A stretch of DNA of 64,000 nt, from positions 5,312,001 to 5,376,000 of the forward strand of contig CP086569.2 in NCBI GenBank assembly GCA_009914755.4, in the 5' to 3' direction. The notes under the pieces are model-generated. The model had not been told where the DNA came from. It was given only the letters and a program-made list of their open reading frames with translations, and ran no database searches. The translations under genes were made by a program, and so were the position numbers. Positions 57,286 through 64,000 of this stretch are shown here, piece after piece. Position 1 is the stretch's first letter, and each line of letters opens with the position of its first letter. This DNA comes from the human T2T-CHM13v2.0 reference genome, Homo sapiens.

Positions 57286-59772
57286 CTATTTTTACATGTT
57301 TCACATCAGTTTAACTGTGGTGGTAATCATTTAAATTTTGCAGGAGCTATAGTACATCAATGAACTTACATTCATATACTCTGTTGTTTTTACATGATAG
57401 AGTTTAAGTTCTACCATATGCAATAAAACATTTTGTCTACACAAGTGTACAGTTATATTTTTAATGTGCGTGTCTTGCTAGAACACATTTAATAGTAATC
57501 GTTGCCATATTTTGAAACTATATTAATCCATATTTTATGAAATACTGTTATAGTTTATCAAGAGAAAAATGATGTTTTGTTTAACATAAATTACTTGATC
57601 ATATTAGTCTATTGAGCAACAGCTTGTAACCCCCGTGAATCAACGGAATTTCTAAACAGCTAAATGAGTCACTGTTACTGAGGTTGCTCCTTTGAGGTGC
57701 CATTACAAAACTGTAACTCTTCACTGTATGCAAAAGTAATTAGGTGATCTTACTGATCATTATAGCATTAGGGTAGGAGGGAGAGAGAAGATAATTTTTT
57801 AAATGTCATGAAATTTAATACTGGGAAACCTGCATATTTTAGCTTTATTTCAGCTCAATTTTCTAACTATGCCTACCCCAGGGTACTCCAGCATAATATT
57901 TTTACCTTCCAACTCTCAAACAGCTCAGTTGGTGAGAAGATTGTTAATAACCATAATGAGTTATTCTCTGTCATAATCTAAATCTATCTTCTCAAGTCCA
58001 ATTATTTTTGATGAATATATTCTGCTAACTTGAGCTTGAATGGAAGCACTGTTCTATAATGAATTAACTATAGACATAGAAACGGTATTATGGGGAATGC
58101 ATATTTAGAACATAAATAAGAAGAGAGAAAAAAGAATAAACACATAGATATGATTCATTTGAAGGCCTCTTTTTAAAAAATTGACATTTTTAAATTGAAT
58201 TGTAAAGATAATAAAAAATATCTTTGATGAGTTTTTATAATTTATAGAAATTACCTTACATTGTTTTCAAATTGATGACAGAGCTAACTGAAAGGTTTTT
58301 GTAAAACCAGAATTAACCTTTACTTTTTATTCCTGGGCACAATATTGAATGAAGCACAGAATGAGTGTTTTAAATTAGCTCTCATTTGTTTTGATGACTG
58401 TTTTTTTCTGGGAAGAGCTTGATCACATGCTTACAATTTCCATTTATGTATTATAAGGAGCAATGTACGGCTGCTCTGTTTACTTTGTGACTTTGGCCAG
58501 GATACACAAACCTAATTACTATTTTTCATTAAGTTTTTAATTGCTATTAAATTAGTATTTTAGTAAAATAAAATTTAATTTATAAATTTAAGGTAAATAC
58601 TTTAAAATAAAATAATATTTAGTAATTAAATATCGAATTAGTATTAAGGGAGATGAATTGGTGAAAAAATATGAAGTTGATATTTGATGATATAATTAGA
58701 TGTAATAAAAGTGTGTGGAGTTTGTTGGAGCATAACTCAAAATTGTATGCAAAGAAAGCAGTCTGCGTTCTTTATTAACTATTTGGCATAATAAATATTG
58801 CAGGCTTACTTGAAGTCCCAGATACAAGAATTGCCGTAATGAGTCAGAATGATGTCGATTCTAAAAGAAAAGTGGTGCTGTATATGATCCAGTAATTTTA
58901 TTTGATTTAGGCTAGGTTTAATAGGAATCCCTACTGAGAACTTGCTTATATTTATTGCAAGCTTCAACAGTTATTCACCACTATCACCATTCCTCAACTT
59001 TCCACCCTACTTCCTATGTTCTCAGCCTTTCTCTGTCACTAGGCTCAGTAGGAAGGAAGGATAAATGGCAAATGTTGGATGGGACCAATATTTAATAGGG
59101 TTGGTTAAATAGAATATTTGAAAATCATAATATTAAACAAATGAACAATGAAACAATAAAATTTTCAAACTGTGTTTGATATGTGGAAAAAATAACTAAA
59201 TTAGGCCTTCAAATTAAACTTGATTATATATGTGTAGATAAAATGTAGAATGAATTGTAAATAACGTTCTGAAATGTGACTTAAAATGTCCTCTTTAACA
59301 TTCTAATGCTGATTACATTAATTGTAATGTAGATTACAGTCACTGTGTGCTTTCATTAGAAATAAAGCTTAAAAACTAAGTCATGTCACTATGAAACTTC
59401 TTATTGCAAATTATAAATCAGAAGTTTCTCTGCCATAGTCATTGATTTTATTAGAGTTGAGAGCAGTTCTTAGTAGGCACGTCTTATGTAATGGATGTGA
59501 GCAGCGGAAAACTAGTAAATACATCTGAGAATTGCCCAGTTGTGGCTTATATTCTAAAGAGCAGGAAGAAAAGTAATAAACTGCTTGACTGTCTGACTGC
59601 TGATGACCAACTGCAAGACTGGTTGAATTTTATGAATTTATGTCTAAAATATAGGAGTACATTTTTTCAGCAGCCAAAATGTTATTACTATTTTATTTGT
59701 GTAGTATCTTAACTATCCTTTAATCTCATCAAATAGTGAAAAGTAAATTAGAAAAGTGAAAGGCAATTTTTA

Positions 59773-60138
<366 letters not shown>

Positions 60139-63093
60139 TTAATTCATATTATTTTTCAGAAAAGATCTGAATGCAAGCTGTGATGAAATTCTGAAAAATT
60201 TTATTCTAACTTGAAACCAAAAATCATTCTACCTTCTGAATATGAATTGAATGCTTTTGAATGGGGAATGTACCACAATGCATGTTGTCCCTACTATCCC
60301 ACAAGAGGAAATGGTAGTTAGACAAACGCTGTATTAGGAATGAGGAAAGTAGGGTTCTAGGCCTGCCTTTGCCATGATTTTTGAGCACTTGGGGAGGTGA
60401 CTTTACTTTGCCTTGGTTTTCTATTCTGTAATATTACTAGATGACCCTTTAGGTGTCTTCAGTTCTTTTCAAGAAAGAAAAACAATCTTCAATTCATTTT
60501 AAGGGAATTGGTTTTGGAGGAAAAGCAATTGCCCTGACATTTATTGAACAGTCCATAATAAAGTAAAATAGAAAAAATAAAGAGCTATTATTCAGCATTA
60601 TTCCCTTTATAAGGTCAACTAAAAACTGACAAACTCATGCTTGAGTTCTGAGTGGACACTCATTTAAAGTATCATGAACCATGTGCAGCAATTATAGTAG
60701 GATGGTAATACATATTTACACCAGTTCAGTTGTAAAAGAACTCTAAAGTTTTTACTTATGTTTGTAAAGAAATCAAAAAGCTATTTTAACCAAAAATCTT
60801 TTAAATAATTTTAATTACATAGACACTTCCATATTTATTTCATAAATACCCATTTTGTCTTTAAATTTTGCCAGTTTCATGGAAATAATAATAATAGAGT
60901 GTAACATAAAAATAAGGTAAAGTTTTGTAAGATCCTAATGTAAAGAAAATACTATAGGCTTTTCATAATTATAAATATGTGCTTAAGATGAGAATAACAG
61001 AGGCAGTCATGAGAATGTAAATTAGTCCTTTTTTATGCAGATTATCTTAGCTAAAATTGAACATTCCCTATTCCACAGAGAAAACTACAGTTTAAATGCA
61101 TGTTCATGCAAAGTAAGGTAGTTTTTAATGCTGTTAGGTATGATTCGTGTGCCTCATTTAAGACTGAATGGCTTTTCCCGCAGAATTGTAGTATTTACAA
61201 TGCATAAATCCTTTCTCATACTGCAAATACAGTGCAACCATTACCAACTTTGTGAGATAGGAATCCTTCCAAATTATTTCAGTAACAATGTGGGGAGTTA
61301 AGTGAATAACTTCCTCTTTTCTTTGGAAAACAGTTTCACTTTTAAGCACTAAAAGCATTCTTGTCATGCCCTGGGAAATAAACTTCCAATGCCATTAACT
61401 GTTCTGTCATATTGCAAATGGAGAGTCTGCTATTTCTTAAAATCAAGAATGAAAGTTTCAGCGAAATTAGTGAATGGTCATCTGACTAATTCTGGGGAGA
61501 AATAGTTACATTTTCTTTATATAAAAGATGTTCACTCTGATAATTTATGTTCAATTTATCAAGACCAACAAATGTGAAATACCTTCTTTATGTCGTATTA
61601 GCTCAGCTTGATAATACCCAAGTGCTAAGTTAATTACCGTAGTTATTAGAGTTTCATGGAGTGGAAACATGAAAATCCTTAGCCACAATTTAAATCACAT
61701 TTTTAGGATGCTTATATATCTCCCAATACATGAAGAGAATATTTAGAAGACAAGAGAGCAATAATTCATTTTTTTCAAAATAATATAATAAACCCGTCAG
61801 TTAATTTTCAGTTATTGAAATGCCCTTCAAGTATTTTTAATATTGTCATCTAGTGGAATTAATTTAATTGTTGTTTCCTCATATCGAGTGCACAGGCATG
61901 AAGTGATTAGACTTACTAACTACTGGGCTAAGTAGTTGTTTATGTGATTTCAGTTATTGCACATACATTTACAAAAATTTGTTTTTGACAGTCAACTATA
62001 TTAGATGTTTTGAGAGGTAGATGTTCTGCATTTGAAGATTACAAAAAATACTGTGTGTTTGGTTGGTAGTTTTTTTCACTTAACCCTTAGAAGTTTGGTT
62101 CAGCAGGCTAACATGAATACTTCAAAACTGAAAACATTTTGGAAAAAATGTCTCAAACATACGGTAATGCTATTATATGACTGTAAAAGTGCACTGCTTT
62201 TGGTATTTTAGATAAGTTAAATATTCCAGAATGCTTAAAATATAAGAAAAACAAGTATGCCGTTTTTCATCACTTCATTCTATTTGGTTTGCTACATTAT
62301 TTTATTTGAAATCAATCATACTATATATATATTTACTTAAATTTGGGCATATGCATGTACGTGTAAGATAATTTTATGAGTACATTATGTACGTAAATAA
62401 ACAAATGCATAGTTTGAATATATCATGGATAATTTAATTATTTCATCTATGCCAATCTGGTATTACAGGCTATGTTTTATTTCTATTTTGTTATTAATTA
62501 AATTACACTCTATTTAAATATTTTAACACCTTTCAGGGTTTGTTTTTAATTTTTAATAATTTTTATATGGTGAAAATTTGCTAATTTAAATTTTAAAAAT
62601 TTAATAATTTTATATGGTGAAAAATTATTATAAATTATTGAAAATAAGGTGATGTGCAAAAATAGACTTTGTGGTCTTTTTCACTTTTGTCTTTTACCTT
62701 AGGCTACAATTGACTTTATAAAATAATATATTATCATAGGTTCATTAGTAAAGTGTGAGCTTATTATTCAAAAACTGTTGTCTACTATTATGTTTGTGTA
62801 GACTTATGACTGAAATGACTGATTGTAACTATAGATTAAATTCAATTGTTACCATATTTACTTACTAACTCAACTTCCTCATTCTTCCCAAATTCCAACA
62901 AATATATTTTCAGAACACAATGAATCCAATTAGCTTCACAGGTAAACTATACCAGTCTTTTGGGTCTGATCTGTTTTGTTGTTCCTTAACTTGACTCATC
63001 ATTTCAACATATTGAAGCTTGTGACTCCTAGTATCATGCACTGACAAAAACTAGTTGGTCTTCCTAGAACGGAATTTTGTAGGTAACCTGGTG

Positions 63094-63095
<2 letters not shown>

Positions 63096-63133
<38 letters not shown>
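63096..63133. repeat. (AC)n microsatellite, ~19 units
   Basis: 'acacacacac...' pure run. Confidence 0.95.
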
Positions 63134-63138
<5 letters not shown>

Positions 63139-63194
63139 TATATATACATATATATAGGTGCTCCAGGGTTGGGTTCATGTATATTTAAAATCAT

Positions 63195-64000
63195 TACATC
63201 CTCTTGCTGAACTGACCACTTCGTCATTATGCAGCGACTTTCTTTGTCTCTTATAGTTTTTGTCTTGATACCTATCTTGTCTTATATAACTGTTCTGCTC
63301 TTTTTTTTTTTATTTTCATTGGCAGGTATATTTTTGGCAGATATATTTTTCTATCCCCTTATTTCCTGGCTATGTGCCTTCATAGGTGTGTTTCTTTATA
63401 AGTGTGTTTCTTTTAGACAACAGATCAATGAGTCTTTTTTTTTTTCAATCCATTAAGCCATTCTATGTCTTTTCATTGGAGAGTTTAGTAAATTTACATA
63501 CAATGTTATTATTGATAAGTAAAGACTTGCTCCTGCTGTTTTGTTATTAGTTTTCTTGTGGATTTGTGGCTTTTTCTTTCTTTTTGCTTTCCTGTATTTT
63601 GTTTATTGAAGGTGATTTTCTCTGGTGACACAAATTAGTTTCTTGTTTTTAACTTTTTGTGTATTCTTTGTATGCTTTTGGTTTGAAATTACCACGAGGC
63701 TTGTAAATATCATCCTATAAGTGATTATTTCAAGCTGATAATAACACTGTTTGCATGAACAAAAAAAGCACACAAAAAGAAAAGTAATAAAAACAATGCC
63801 TTAATTTTGTTTGCCTGTTTTTTTACTTTCTGTTGTTTCTATTTATATCTTATTGTACTGTCTATGTCTTGAAAGTTGTTGTAGTTATTATTTTTTATTG
63901 CTTCATCATTTAGTTTTTTACTTAGGAAAACAGTAGTTTATACACTACAGTTACAGTGTTATAATACTGTTTTAGCTGTGTAATTACTACTAGTAGTAAA
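63195..64000 (-). mobile_element. Old L1 (same family as the 23696-28950 copy) antisense fragment, running off the end of the window
   Basis: Collinear and highly similar to 25330-26110. For example 'ttttcattggagagtt.a...att.a...a.....tattattga.aa.tagagact..ctcctg..attt.ttatt.gttttctggt.g.tttgt.g..t.ct..ctcattctttt' and '..gtgattttctctggtgata.aatt.a.tt.taacttttt.tttttgtgtat.t.ttgtatg.t.ttg.tttgag.ttatca.gag.cttgtaaata..atc.tataa..cattattt.aaactgat.a.aaca...gcaaa.a..caaaaa.agcacaaaaagaaaa.taataaa.a.'. Confidence 0.7.

Overview
This window is primate nuclear genomic DNA, most likely human, because it carries many Alu SINEs, L1PA-type LINEs and THE1/MST-type MaLR LTRs. It is AT-rich and gene-poor. 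By eye, about half of it is recognisable interspersed repeat: at least 14 Alu copies plus a free-left-monomer fragment; L1 copies of several ages; one Tigger1 pogo-type DNA transposon with decayed transposase ORFs; two LTR-internal-LTR ERVL-MaLR elements with 5-bp target-site duplications (TSDs) plus one solo MaLR LTR; and an MIR fragment. The L1s include two old ~5-6.6 kb copies with long 5'UTRs in opposite orientation, an internally deleted L1PA-like copy, a twin-primed copy and several 3'-end fragments. The only host-gene-derived sequence I can support is a ~270-bp GC-rich fragment on the minus strand at ~2440-2712 that strongly resembles the 5'UTR and first exon of sorting nexin 3 (SNX3). 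It carries a frameshift and substitutions, so it is a pseudogene fragment. I cannot support any intact protein-coding exon, rRNA/tRNA gene, CRISPR array, operon or other prokaryote-style system. Every long ORF in the six-frame track lies inside an Alu, L1, Tigger1 or MaLR sequence or is antisense to one. The brief's suggestion of a novel biological system is therefore not supported by what I can read. The most interesting observations are structural: nested insertions with clear TSDs, an inverted pair of related L1 5'UTRs, a twin-priming L1, very long pure T tracts, and the SNX3 fragment whose homology stops at a predicted exon boundary. All coordinates are approximate (+/- ~10 bp) and all consensus comparisons are from memory, not database searches.
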